DNA from: Atractiella rhizophila
Taxonomy: Eukaryota
Assembly (NCBI GenBank): GCA_021432655.1
Contig: MU271638.1
Span: 1 to 36,656, forward strand
DNA length: 36,656 nucleotides
Direction: 5' to 3'
Below the pieces are notes generated by a model, which saw only the letters and a list, made by a program, of their open reading frames with translations, was not told the origin of the DNA and did not search any database. The translations under genes and the position numbers were made by a program. Shown piece after piece: positions 23,112 to 35,381 of the stretch. Within the stretch, counting starts at the first letter, position 1. Every line of letters starts with the position of its first letter.

Positions 23112-24129
23112 AATGCTGAGAGCCTAAGAGTATTTCGTTAGTATATGTTCCCTTGAGCTTGAATTCCAATTACGTTGCATCACGAGATAATGGAGAGATT
23201 CACTGAGGAGCAGTTGTAGAACAAGGAAGCGTAAACTGCAATTCAAGGAATGGCAACGTCGTTTGGGCATCCGGATCACTCTGCAACAAGAGAAGACCAG
23301 ATTTGGGCAATTTGCATTTCTTCGGTTGATAATAGCATAATAGTAGTAATATAAGCCTTGAAATGCAGGGGATAGTAAAACAATGCCATGTCAGCAGACA
23401 GGAGGAAGGGTTTCCACGAGAGGATGAAAGATCCCAAGGAAGGTACACCGCTGCGTCCGCCTCTCGTCTGCTTTTTGCATCTTCACAACCAAAAACGATG
23501 CCAGCAAAGGTAAAATTGCCTCATGCGTTTCAAGACCGCGTAAAAGAACAGTGATAGTTGCAACCCAACAAGAGACATGGTGGCCCTCTCAAGAGCGAGA
23601 TGTTTGTCTTTCTCATATGCACTCTCCCATTTTTGTATTATTACTGATGACAGATCATACTGACGTGAGCAGCAGACAAACTAATATCTGCAAGAGGAGG
23701 GCACACGGAAGCCGAAGGACGGCAGACAAGAAGGCAAGAAGAGAGACAAGTTTATCAATTGAGCTCTGCCTCGCAGACAGTCCCAAGTCCGCCTTTCTCG
23801 CTCTGTCCAACGAAACAGTGTATGAAGGCGTATCAAGCAGAGGATATAAACAGTGCAACGGGTCAGTTGTAGATAATTGAGTGCTCCATGAGGAAAGAAC
23901 GCAGGATGTAGTCACGCTTAGGAATGTTATACCAGACGCACGGTGCTTACACTGTCGTAGCAACAGGCGACTATCGTTCAGCACCGTCCCTGTACCAAAA
24001 GGCGAGTCGGAGAATTGCTTCAGACCTGTGTGCTTCATCGCAACATACAAGACCCTAAACCAGGGAATGAAACCGACGATGAAGAGAGAGAGAAGGTCCC
24101 GCTAATCGTAAGACATTTTAGGCAGCTGA

Positions 24130-25068
24130 TTACAGGAGCATGCAGCGACTTTGGAACAGATTGCGCCACGAAAAGGAAAGAAAACGTTGATTAAATGGGG
24201 AGTAACGCACCTCTTCCTTCCATCCTCGTTCTCTCAGGGCTCCTTCAACTTCCCTCAGGACAATCACCCATTCTACCCTACCCTTCCTCTTCACCCGCTT
24301 CCTCCTCCTTCTTTCACGCAACCCCAAGCCGAGACTGGCTCTACACACCATCTCCACTGCCAATCCCACCACCAACTGCTTCCACTCCTTCAACGGTATC
24401 CTCTCCAACCAAGGCGCGAGGTCCAAAGACCTCTCCTTCGTGGATTCTTCGTCAGAGGAGCATGGGGGGTCGTCGTCTTTGTTCGACGGATGGGTGAGGA
24501 GAGAATTGGTCATAGAGGATGAGGACATGAGGATGGAGCGTGAAGGAGGAGGTTCTGTTGTTAGGATGACAGTGGGTAGCCGTCTGGCGGCGAGAGAGGA
24601 AAGCGAGGGGATAACGCCTCGTCCTCCGCTCGCTCCTTCTGGTTGGTGTTGTTGTTGCTGTTGGGGAACAGAACACGCGTCAAGTATCTTCTTCAAGGCC
24701 GCAACGACCGCTCTGCCCTCCTTACTCTGTACTTCCACCATTCCACCTTCAACAGAAAGTACCTTTCCTCTACTCCCCTTCCCTTTCGCTCCACCATTTG
24801 GATTCCTCCGCGCTTTCTTCCTCTTCCCTCCTTCTTCCCACTCGTCCTCCTCGCTCGCCTCATTCCTTTGTCTATTCCTTTTCCTCCCGTTCCCGTTCTT
24901 CAGAGACGAATGTCCATTCGTGCTGACAGCTACACTCCTCCCATTCGAAGTGTTTATGTTGTTGGAAGGACATGGGTTGTTGACGGCGCGTGTAAAGTGG
25001 GTGAGAGTAGACTGGAGAGGTCGGAGGAGGAGTGATATCTTTTGAGGAGTGAGTATTAATGGAGGCAT
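24130..25068 (-). CDS. Hypothetical protein with basic NLS-like stretches (first exon; continues after a GTGCGT donor)
   Basis: 312-aa ATG ORF containing RKRNRQR, GKRKKARR and VIPSLSSLAARRL. Confidence 0.6.
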   Translation of the reverse strand: MPPLILTPQKISLLLRPLQSTLTHFTRAVNNPCPSNNINTSNGRSVAVSTNGHSSLKNGNGRKRNRQRNEASEEDEWEEGGKRKKARRNPNGGAKGKGSRGKVLSVEGGMVEVQSKEGRAVVAALKKILDACSVPQQQQQHQPEGASGGRGVIPSLSSLAARRLPTVILTTEPPPSRSILMSSSSMTNSLLTHPSNKDDDPPCSSDEESTKERSLDLAPWLERIPLKEWKQLVVGLAVEMVCRASLGLGLRERRRRKRVKRKGRVEWVIVLREVEGALRERGWKEEVRYSPFNQRFLSFSWRNLFQSRCMLL

Positions 25069-26333
25069 GGATCACTAGAGAGTACCTCTTGTTGATGTCA
25101 AGCGCGCCATAGTGACTGCATCAACTATCTTCAACCTGCTTGTTGGGTTCCTATTGTGACCAACAACCAGACCACTTCTTATCTATGATACAGGATGGTG
25201 ACTGAAGGAGTGGAAGGAAACTAGGAAGCTCAGTGTATAAAGCTTGGACGCAAAAATTGTAACCGATTGAAAGCGACAAAGGTCAGTACTGCTTCCACAA
25301 TTCGGACCCTTTGAGTCGTCTTTGAGTTTTATTCTTTGTGCATCAAATAATTCATCCACAAGTCTCTGCTGGCGGCCTCAAACACATTTCCTTCACACGC
25401 AACCCTTGGCATAGCGATGTGACATGAATACTGCATCCAAGAGGGAGAGAGCCGAGTTGCAATACTCCACCTAGATCATAACAGTTCCATAATGCACAAA
25501 CCTGATGTACTACCCCTTAATGACATTGACATTATATGGACAAAAGTCGCTTTGCAGTGGCAGTCAGGAGAACACAATGCCTCCAGAGCATTCGTGGCTT
25601 ATACAGAAGTATGGCTGCCAATCAGATAAAAAACAGCATACAGTGGACCTCTTCATCGCAAAATAAGTTGTCACGGGACTTTTCTTGCCAAATCATTGAA
25701 ATATTCACTTTCCATCCATGCTTCTATCTCTAAACTCATTCTATGACATTACATTAGTCATCACGTTTCTGACCATGTTTCAGTGCTACCGCAGCCTCTA
25801 GAATCAAGAGCGTTTGTTTTGGCAGAATTCGTCAGAAGCTGAACCTCAGACTTTTCAAGTCCTCGTGACCCTATGTTATCTTCATTTCTGCGACTTCGCA
25901 TTGGTCTGGATCGAAATCTGGAACCTAACCTGAACGATAAACTTGCCCTATCGCTTACTTTACTGCTAACTTTACTGCGGTCGTAGCGGGGTGACGCTCC
26001 TCACAGCAAAAGGAGATGATCGAAGAGGTTTGCCGCTTTATTACTACCTTTCCCTTTAAATAACTTGATCGTCTTCCTTCTCTGATCTCCTAGGATCCTT
26101 GAGTCCAGTGTGCTTCAGGTTTCTATCCTCCCACTTTTCCTACTGCTCCTCCGTTTTCTTAACATCGAGTCCACACATAATGTCTACCGCTCTCGAGTTT
26201 TTCCGCTGGGATCTACTATTCGCAAACGCGGGTATCGTCTAGATTTAATTTGAAGTTCCGAGGTCTCCCATCTAGTTCCGCCCTAACCCTCATCCAGCAC
26301 AGACGCTGTTGTGAATACCAGCGCACCAAAAAA

Positions 26334-27023
26334 ATGTCCATCCCCCGTCCAAAGAACTATCCTTCCAACCTCCGCTTTCACCCGACCCCTCTCCCTTCAA
26401 ATCGAGTCTCGCTCTCCCTTTTGTACATGTCAACATACTGTACCCCGCTCCCTCCTTCCTCCGTCATCCCTACCGCGTCGTTAGTATCCATTCTCCCCAT
26501 CGATTCTCCCTCCCACCCTGCAAACGGCCAACGCGGTCTCTTCGCCCGCCGGAAACTAGAAAAAGGGACACAGATAGTTGATTACAGCGGTGTTGTACAT
26601 TTAGAAGCGGAAAGCGACCCAGCAAGCGAATACGACATTTGTATCGATTCCTTTTTCGTTCCCGTGTCAATGGCATCCGGCTCCAGACCGCAATCTGAAG
26701 GAGAGGATAGTAGCGAGGAGATAGGTGAAGTTGAAGGGACATGGGAGCGCATCTCCATCGACGCTCAGAACGGCGGAAATGAGGCGAGATTTGTGAACGA
26801 CTATCGGGGTGTTCCTGGAGTTGAGAGACCGAATTGCGAGTTTCGAATTCGGGAAGTGGATGCGGATAATGCGAACCACGGGACGATGGGTAAGATGAAG
26901 AGGATGTGTGTAGTTGTTTGTAAGAAAGAAGGGATCAAGAAAGGAGAAGAATTGCTCGTCAGTTATGGGAAGGGATTTTGGAGAGGAAGATTGGGGGAAC
27001 AAAAAGCGCCAGATGATGTCTGA
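26334..27023 (+). CDS. Small SET-domain protein (putative lysine methyltransferase), intronless
   Basis: GQRGLFARRKL; IVDYSGVV; IDAQNGGNEARFVNDYRGV; PNCEF; IKKGEELLVSYGKGFW. Confidence 0.92.
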   Translation: MSIPRPKNYPSNLRFHPTPLPSNRVSLSLLYMSTYCTPLPPSSVIPTASLVSILPIDSPSHPANGQRGLFARRKLEKGTQIVDYSGVVHLEAESDPASEYDICIDSFFVPVSMASGSRPQSEGEDSSEEIGEVEGTWERISIDAQNGGNEARFVNDYRGVPGVERPNCEFRIREVDADNANHGTMGKMKRMCVVVCKKEGIKKGEELLVSYGKGFWRGRLGEQKAPDDV

Positions 27024-27402
27024 ACGTCCTTTCGTACACTTCTTTCGGTAGCCAACTTGGTGACGAGTAGCTTTTTTACAGGAGATTACCGAGTGGAGCA
27101 AGCCGCTGCTCGACTGTTGGACAGTCCTTCTTGCATGTCGTTGTATCAGAAATTGCGCCGTTCTGTCTACAAGATCTCTAAGCGTCATTCATTTGCCCGC
27201 TTATCACGCAGTCCATGCAGCGGTCACTTCTGTCCATGCTCTAATAGTTGTAAGAAATATTGCTACTTCATTATCAATCCATATTGCTTAAAAATGAATG
27301 GAATAAACTCTAATCTTAGGATCTCCGATTATGATTACAATATTTGATGCTAATGGCAGCATAATCGACGAAACTGCTGGTCATTGGAATGATTCGCCTT
27401 TA

Positions 27403-30018
27403 CTAGCTCATTGGCGTTCCAGCTTTCTCTTCGTCCTGAGGTTTCGCCGGGGTGCTTTTGATACTGCAACCTTCATCAGCACTCCCTTCATTTAAATGGA
27501 GGGGACAGACTTGACGCTGTTGATGCAAAGGGCCGCTACAAACGCGACGCCTCCAGCCCCAACACCTGTTCGGAACCTCAGCTTCGAGAAACTAAGGCTA
27601 ACGAGGCACGTACCAAGCAAATAAACGTAGTCAAGCGCTTTGACATACTCATGAATAATTGCAGGCCGTTGTTGCACTGGAACAACAGTGTAGATAGCTT
27701 GCACCGATTCCTTCACAGCTTCCAACGCAGTTAAATCGTAGCCTCCTGCCAGGGCGAGGTGTTCTAAGTTCGAAGAAAGTCTGTTGCTAAAAATTGTCGC
27801 TGCAATAGAAACACCAATAGTCGTCCCTAGTCGCTGAAGGAAGGTAAAGCAAGCAGAGAAGAGGTTAAGATCTTTGGGATCTTGACAGTTGGCTTGAACG
27901 GATATGAGGACATTTTGAAGGGCTGCGCCAACGCCATAGCCAAGTAGAACTTGGTAGCCGTACAACTTCGCCCCATCATTCTGGACCACCGGAGTCATCG
28001 TGGTGGCTCTGACTGGATTATTATCTTACCTCATCAATTGTGTAGAATAACCCAGCAGCGACACAAATTGCAGGTGGACCAGAAGCAATGAAGAAATAAA
28101 AGTTTCCGGTCTTTTTGACGAGAATGCCCGTGAGAGCGGAGAAGACCAAGATGCCACCTAGGAAAGGGAGGAGGTCCAAGCCTGATTTCGTTGCTGAGTG
28201 ATTCTTTGCTGCTTGCCAGTTTATAGGAATCCAGAAAACGAAGACAATGCTGCTCACTTGCTCAATTCCAAGCGATCCAGGAGAAGAAGGTAGCCACGCA
28301 CAATGCCAAAAAGACGGTAAAGCTCGTGATCCCAGAGGCGACGTGAGTACGATGGGTAAAAAAGTTTAGCGGGAGAACGCGCTGAGGTCCGGCAAGGTAG
28401 TATTCGTCTGCGTAGATTGTTACTCTGCAGCCTCAACGCTGTCATGAATGGATGCAGACGAACAGGAGACGAGGACTGTCAGGATTACACCACAAGCTAC
28501 AAAGCAGCCAATGACGCGGCCATCGCCCCACGGGTAATCATTGCCTCCCTAATGTCCATAAAAGTTAAGAAGAGCGAGGTCAAATTTAAAAGACTGCACC
28601 CATTGAAGAGCCAACAATAAGCACGTAACATCTGCAAATTTGGTTTATCCCCCTATCCCTGGACTCTCCAGCAACAGAACTTACCTCCAAGTAGCAGCAC
28701 ACCGCCGACCCAGTCAAGCGTCAGCAAGCGGAAGAAAAGGTTCGTGGCGGGGACTTTTCGGGCTCCAATGAGACCAAGAAACCAGCCCATCCTTTGACGC
28801 GTACGATCTGCAATGGCTGAAGGAATGATTGGTGCAGTAGCGCTCTTGACACTGAAGGAAATGACCGCGATGCTGATAGCGCCAACAGGGAGGTTTCTTA
28901 AGGTGAACTGGGCTGAATATCTATAGTGTAAGATGTAAAGAGTAGAGCTCACACTACAGGTCAGGCATGAGTACCTAAAATCGTGCGGATTACCATGAAA
29001 GCTCACTGTAGAAACACCATCGCCATGTAACATGGTCTGTGAACGCACCTCCAATTAGTGGGCCAATGATACTCGATAATCTTGAAGGTCCTCATATGTC
29101 AGAGAGATGCACGTTGACTCGAAAAGGAGCATTTACCCAAATACTCCTCCGAATCCGCCTGCATCAAGGTGATTAGAGGGCTAGAGTATTTCGACGGGGA
29201 CGTACCGAAGAACACTGGTCGCTGCTCCAGAGTCGTAATTTCCGTGAGGATAGATATAATGGAAACATAAATCGCTATAGAGTTTAGACTTGAATACGGA
29301 GGTGTCGAGTACGCATACCTGATGCTCCCACACCAGCTACTGCTCGTCCAAAGATCAAGAGCTACACAAATGTTATCTCCTTGACCAAGGGAGAGCAAAA
29401 TCAAAGATGATGAAAAGACGAACCTCGACAGAGCCAGACACTGCGCAAAGGAGCGATCCGACTTCGAAAATAATGACCGAAGTGATAAAGATCCATTTAC
29501 GGTCGCAAACATTCAACACCGTGCCAAAGAACAGCATAAGACCACACTGCATCCTTCGTCTCGTTTCGTCCATGTCTAAAGAGCCAAATGACAAACCTGA
29601 GTTCTATTTGCGAAACGGAAACGTCACCGAATTTACTGAAAGAGGAAGAAGGAGGACGTACAAAAAGTAGGCAGACGAAACCCATCCGATCTTGTCCAAG
29701 GCGTTGAACTTAGAAACGATAACCGGAAGAGCAGGCGCGAGGATTGTTTGATCAAGTGCCACAAGGAGAATAGCGAAGAGCAGAGAAAAATAAACGATCT
29801 ATCCAGACTGAAATAATAAGTAGCCTGTTCGATTGATGGAATGAGCCCAAACAAACCCAAAGCTGAACTCCAGTCAGAATTTTCGACTCGGCGCCTGCGT
29901 ATTCGCTCTTTTCCGTCGCATCCCCCTCTTCTCCTGATGGAGTGAGTGAGATGTTTTTATGACTGTCTTCAGGGGTAGCGGCAGATGTATCCACCAATGT
30001 AGTACTTTCGTCGAGCAT
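27403..30018 (-). CDS. MFS transporter, DHA2 (14-TMS drug efflux) family, spliced
   Basis: [109 protein letters not shown]. Confidence 0.92.
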
Positions 30019-31382
30019 GGCTGTGGTAACCAGGTGGTAGTATATAGGTATTATAAGATGAAAGAGAGACAGGAAAATGATGGATTGGAAGATGTTCTCC
30101 CGTATTTATATGCTGTGGCGGCGGAAGGACAACATACTTGCATGGTATTGAGGAATGGTTGCAGTTCGCCGTTCCCCCTGGTACCTGTGCTCGGTGCGGT
30201 TGGTAGGGTAGACTATGCAGTTGCAAGAGCAAATGCAATACAGCAATCAAAAATGAGTACTGCTCCAGGAAACATCCTCTCTCAGGGCTTTGCGGAACTC
30301 CACAACAAAGAGGAGGGAGACACGGTGACAGGTTGACTAGTCATCATCGGAACGGCAGCTGCGGTGATGTTGTACGTCTGCATGCACTCTTGAACGGTCC
30401 TGAAGATTTCAGAGTGAAGATATCGACATTCACGATCTGCGCTAACAGGGGAACTACTGAACACCACGGACCATGCACGCATGGACGTCCTCAACAACCC
30501 CGCACAACTATTCAACTCCGGGGAAGTCACTTCAACTCGTCCGGCTCTCGACGGCAGGATTCTGACCCAAGTTCTCTGCAGAGGCGCCGCAATGCGCATG
30601 TATTTCGATTGGGCATCGTAGCAGGGATCATTACTGCTCACAAGTGTAGCAATAAGTGTCACAAGAGAAGTACGTCGAATGCGGTAGCCGCCTCGATACA
30701 CTGGTTTTAATGTTCAGTATCATTTGGGAACGGCTCAAGAAAAGTTAGATTGCACGGCAACTCGAACCAGCCGCAATTGGATTAGTACACGGTCTCAATG
30801 AACTTGGTGCAAAAGTCTTAAGGCAAGTGACTAAGCTCGCTTCTAACTGACTGCATGCTGGCCAGAACCTTTCCTGATGCAATCTTAGCCATAAACAGCA
30901 TTTCATTGCTCCGACGCCTTTTGTCATCTCTGTGGTGAAAGTTCCCCTCATAAAAATGAGAAGGCAGAATATCAAACACCTGGACAAACGCAGTCCCTGC
31001 GGACTTGCTTCCCCTTCTCGTCCATAGGAAATTCGAAGCTTCAGATTCTTACAGGGTGAATTCTGCCTCTCTCTACTCTCCCGATGCCTACTTGCCACTT
31101 GCCACTTTCGCCCATTGCTATTGTCACCCACAGATTGATCGATTCCTGATCGATTGATTGTCAACATTCAACATTCCATGAATTACAAATCGCGTCCTCA
31201 TTGCGTCCTTCCTCACGTGCATTTGAACGGAACCTTGTTGCCCATGGACTAGAATTCGTTAACTTCGAACTTCTGTCGAAGCAAAGGCCCCTTTCGGTTC
31301 CCTCTTTTCTCTTGCTCACGCCTCAGGCTACCATATCCTGCCGAGCAGTAAACAGTACTCATAGTATATTCTGTACCAAAAA

Positions 31383-32611
31383 ATGGCAGCGGCAAAGGTG
31401 CGTCTCTCTTCCTTATGGACATATCTCGGCGGTGTGTTGATTAGTCTCTTTTCGGCGTCGTTGCTGCACCATTCTGGATTCGTCCGGACCTACAGGCAGC
31501 GCAGTTTCTGAGGGAGTACAAACTCGTCGTTGTTGGAGGTGGAGGTGTGGGAAAGAGCGCTCTCACCATTCAATTCATTCAGTCTCATTTTGTGGATGAG
31601 TATGACCCGACCATCGAAGGTACGCTGTTTCTCTGCTTTGCATTCTTCATAGCGCATGTTGGGAACGAAACAGAAAAAGAGCCAGGGAAAAAAATTGACC
31701 GGTTTGATGCGCTGACGGTCATGACCGGTCATTTTCATTCCATGTTTCTCAATAGGAATGAACTGCTTTTACGTTCTTGTTCTCCCTCCCTGGAGACCTC
31801 GGCAGCCTCGTTTGCCCTGAGGGCTTCTGTCCTCACGCAGCAACTAATCTGCATCCCCGCACAGATTCCTACCGCAAGCAATGCGTGATCGACGAAGAAG
31901 TCGCTCTTCTGGATGTTCTTGACACCGCTGGACAAGAGGAGTATTCGTGCGTTTCCTTCTTCCTTCCCTTCCCTTGCACGGTGCTGAGTAGTGTTGGTGG
32001 GCAGGGCAATGAGGGAGCAGTACATGCGAACGGGAGAAGGATTTCTCTTGGTGTACTCTATCACTTCGAGATCTTCGTTCGACGAGATTGGGATCTTCCA
32101 TCAACAAATCCTCCGTGTCAAGGTTCGCATTCATCTTTATGACACTTACCGTCCGGTAGTGATGGTTCGACTTGGTCTAGGACAAGGACTACTTCCCCGT
32201 CATTGTTGTGGCGAACAAATGTGATCTGGAGTTCGAACGCCAGGTTGGCGCGCACGGTGCGTCCTTCCGTACCACTTACTGTAGCTACTTGTGAATACTC
32301 AAGTTGGACGAACGAAACAGAGGGTCGTGAACTCGCAAAACACTTTGGCTGCCGATTCATCGAGACCTCGGCCAAGCAACGTATCAACGTCGACGAGGCG
32401 TTCGGGAACCTGGTTCGGGAGATCAGAAAGTATAACAAGGTGAGCTTTACCCGCTTTCGATATGCGGGTGGGCCATTTCATTGAAATGGTATCTGCGTGA
32501 CAGGAGCAGCAAACTGGACGACCCGCTGGTGGCCAACAGGCCGGGGGACAGCAGGCATTCAAAGAGGATGGAGAGAAGCACGGAGGGGGATGCTGTTGCG
32601 TTCTGCTCTAA
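31383..32611 (+). CDS. ras1: Ras1 small GTPase, spliced
   Basis: [63 protein letters not shown]-terminal CCCVLL CAAX box. Confidence 0.97.
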
Positions 32612-33637
32612 GTTCCATCCATTCATCTGCACAATTTTCGTGTCGACTATTATCCACCTTACCATCCATTCTTCCATGTCCTTGCAGCTCTGACAAAGCT
32701 GAAACTACCATGCACTCCCTCCTTTCCTCTCTCCCTCTTATTCATTGTATTTTCTTGGTCAGCATCTTTCTTTCCTCCACCACCCATCCCTACAGGCAGT
32801 TACTTCTCTATCCGATTATAAGAAGGCAGTACCCATAAGCTATTTTCTCTTCTCTCTCTTATATCTCATAAACTACCGGGTTCACAGTCTCAGTACATTG
32901 TAGAATTCCTCCTCTTCCTTGACTTTTTGCAGACTTCTTCATCTTCCAATTTCATTGACTTGGTTCTTGACTGGATTTATTGGCAAGTTGATGGGGCGGT
33001 TGGAGAGATCTCTCGTTTATTCTTATATAAGAAGCTGAACCTCGTCGAGGGAATCGAATTGGTGTTTCATATTTCTACGGTCTCCCAACGCAAGCTAGAA
33101 ACCGGGCAGAATTAAGGCGGGAGTGTCAGGACGGGGAGAAATGACAAAAGTACGTGCTTCGGGACTCGGTTGGGGAGAAGCCGACGAACTTCCGCTGGCG
33201 GAGATGGGATTGTTCATCGAACGAGATGAACTGGAAGAGAAGAGAATGAAGCGTCCCTCAAAAGGCTAGAAAGCGCCCGGTTTGGGCATGAAAGCCCTCA
33301 TGAAATCGGTTCGCAAGAAGGAGACCAGTCAATTACGAAAATTGCAAACGGCAGGCAGACAGACGTCGCGCGTTGCGTGTGTGAGGAGTGTTCGTTCGCC
33401 GGTAGAGAAGAAACGGTTTGGATCCGTCTTTTGTGCCCAATCTGAGACTCAAGAGAACAGCTGGGCGTGCGTCTGCACGTAGATATAAAAGACGAGATGG
33501 ACGCTTCCTTTTTTTCCCGCTTTCTCCCTTTCCTTTAAATTATCCTCTCTCCCCGTTTCTCTGCTCTGCTGAAGAAAACTCTATTCCAAATTTCTGAGGT
33601 TTCGATATTTCTTAGGTTCTGATTGCAAATTCGAATC

Positions 33638-35002
33638 ATGCCTCATCAGATGAACGGGAGGTCCAATCGTGGTGGGCTGTCGAAGAGGAATTCGACCGGT
33701 GGTTTGCGTGTCGGCAGGAAGAGCGGGCCATCACAAGGCAGCGCTGCGAGCGTGGAAGTGAAGAATAGAAGGGGAAGAGGGGTGACCGTCAGCTCGAGCA
33801 TTGTCGACGTGAAGCTGTCGCTAGAAGAGCTCAACCAGTTCGCACTTTCCCTATGTTTCGCTTAAGATGATTCTCATCTTTTCCACCATCAGGCAGTTGT
33901 CTTCCCTCTCGCTCGTAGACGTCCATCCCCAGCGTCAATCACCTCTGCTTCGACTACCGCCTGAACTCCTACCGCTCATCCTCACACACCTGTCCTCATC
34001 CTTTCTCGTCCCCCTCCTCCCTGTTTGTCGATACCTCCATCCCATCGCTCGTCACGCCCTCCTCTCTCGAGTCTCCGTCCGCTCCTCCAACAGGTTCACC
34101 TCCTTCTCTTCCATCTTATCCCGTTGCGCCGATCCCGATCGGAAGGGATTCACAGTCCAAAGTCTCACGCTTGACCCGTCTGCTTTTCGGGAACGTCCCA
34201 GCAACGAAGAGATCAATCGTCTCCTTCGCTGTGTTCCCAGGTTGCAAGAGCTCGAATACTTCGGTTTCGAACCTGGCAACGTGGCCGTCACTCTCCCGCT
34301 CTCGCTCAGAAAATTAACCCTAGGATCCAGGAGAGGGATGATGTTTTCGCTCCCTAACTGCTTCTCGAACCTTCGTCTCTTGCGGCTTTTGAGGGTGCTG
34401 TCGTTACAAGGCCTAGACATCGGCGCAGAGGAGATACAACACAGTGCTTTGACTGACCTTCGGTCGCTTAAACTGTATGGATGCAATGGCTCAGTTCTAG
34501 CGTGGAAGACGCTCCTGTTCCCCCTCTCTCCTTTCGGGGGAAATCCGAAATGCACCTCCAATCTCTGTCGGTATCCCACGACCGCCTCCCGTGCCCAGAG
34601 GGAGAAGAATGGATCCAACTCCTCTGTTCGAGCGCCAAGATCAGCGCACTCGAGCTCTGGCGGACCATTTTCTGCCCTATGGACATCTATTTCAAGAACG
34701 TCCAACTTTTCTTCTCCACCTGGGAGAAGAGCAAGAAATCTCCGGAAACTTACCGTCGCGATTGTTCCCCCATTAGAAATCATTCGAGGACTTGGGGTAA
34801 AAGAGCTGTGTGTCAGGAACACAGACGATGTATCCGTCGAGTTAACTGGTTTGCTCGACGGCCTAAAAACAAGGAATTGGACGTGCTCGCTGTGTGGAGG
34901 AAAGGTTTGAGTTTAGAAGGCGAGCAGAACGTGGAGGAGATGGCTAAACGAAAAGAAGTGAGGGTTGTCGACGCTCTTACTGAATGGAGGTGGGAGTCTT
35001 AG
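33638..35002 (+). CDS. F-box / LRR-like protein, apparently frameshifted (pseudogene or consensus errors)
   Basis: F-box LLRLPPELLPLILTHL...LLPVCRYLHPIA and LRR-like LQELEY, LRKLTL, LRSLKL. An intron at ~33838-33892 joins the upstream ATG exon. The 3' part alternates between two frames. Confidence 0.75.
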
Positions 35003-35381
35003 TTCATGCCAGGCTGCTGTCACATTATGGATTGTTGTTTTCAACACGTTGTTGATATACCTCTACACGCTCGTCTGCTGATACCTATGGACTCTGTGTC
35101 GTTCTTCAAATCATACTGTATAAATAGTCATCATCCCCTTAAATTGCATCTCCGTTCTTCCATCTGAATGCCTATCGTGACGATGACGCTGTTATCGAAA
35201 ATGATTAATGATTGATTGTCGCAGCTGTACAACAAAAGGTCTTCACAAGGTAGAAACAGAGACAAGCAGAAAGGAATGGAAATGCAGGTACAAGGAACAA
35301 TCAAAAGAATGATACTCGAGCTCATCTTCAGAACCGAAACCAGCAACAACAAACTGCTCCTCCCCTAGAGGAATTTCAACT

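Noticed and set aside
24151..25045. Long plus-strand ORFs here, and similar antisense ORFs at 34052-34822 and within noxB
   Set aside because: Shadow ORFs opposite real coding sequence.
26281..26290. CCCTAACCCT as a telomerase RNA template or telo-box
   Set aside because: A 10-nt match to some permutation of the repeat is not unlikely by chance in 36 kb; it sits just upstream of the SET gene and I see no supporting RNA structure.
30050..31380. Several 80-140 aa ORFs between the DHA2 transporter and ras1
   Set aside because: No domain or coherent exon structure; most likely a divergent promoter region.
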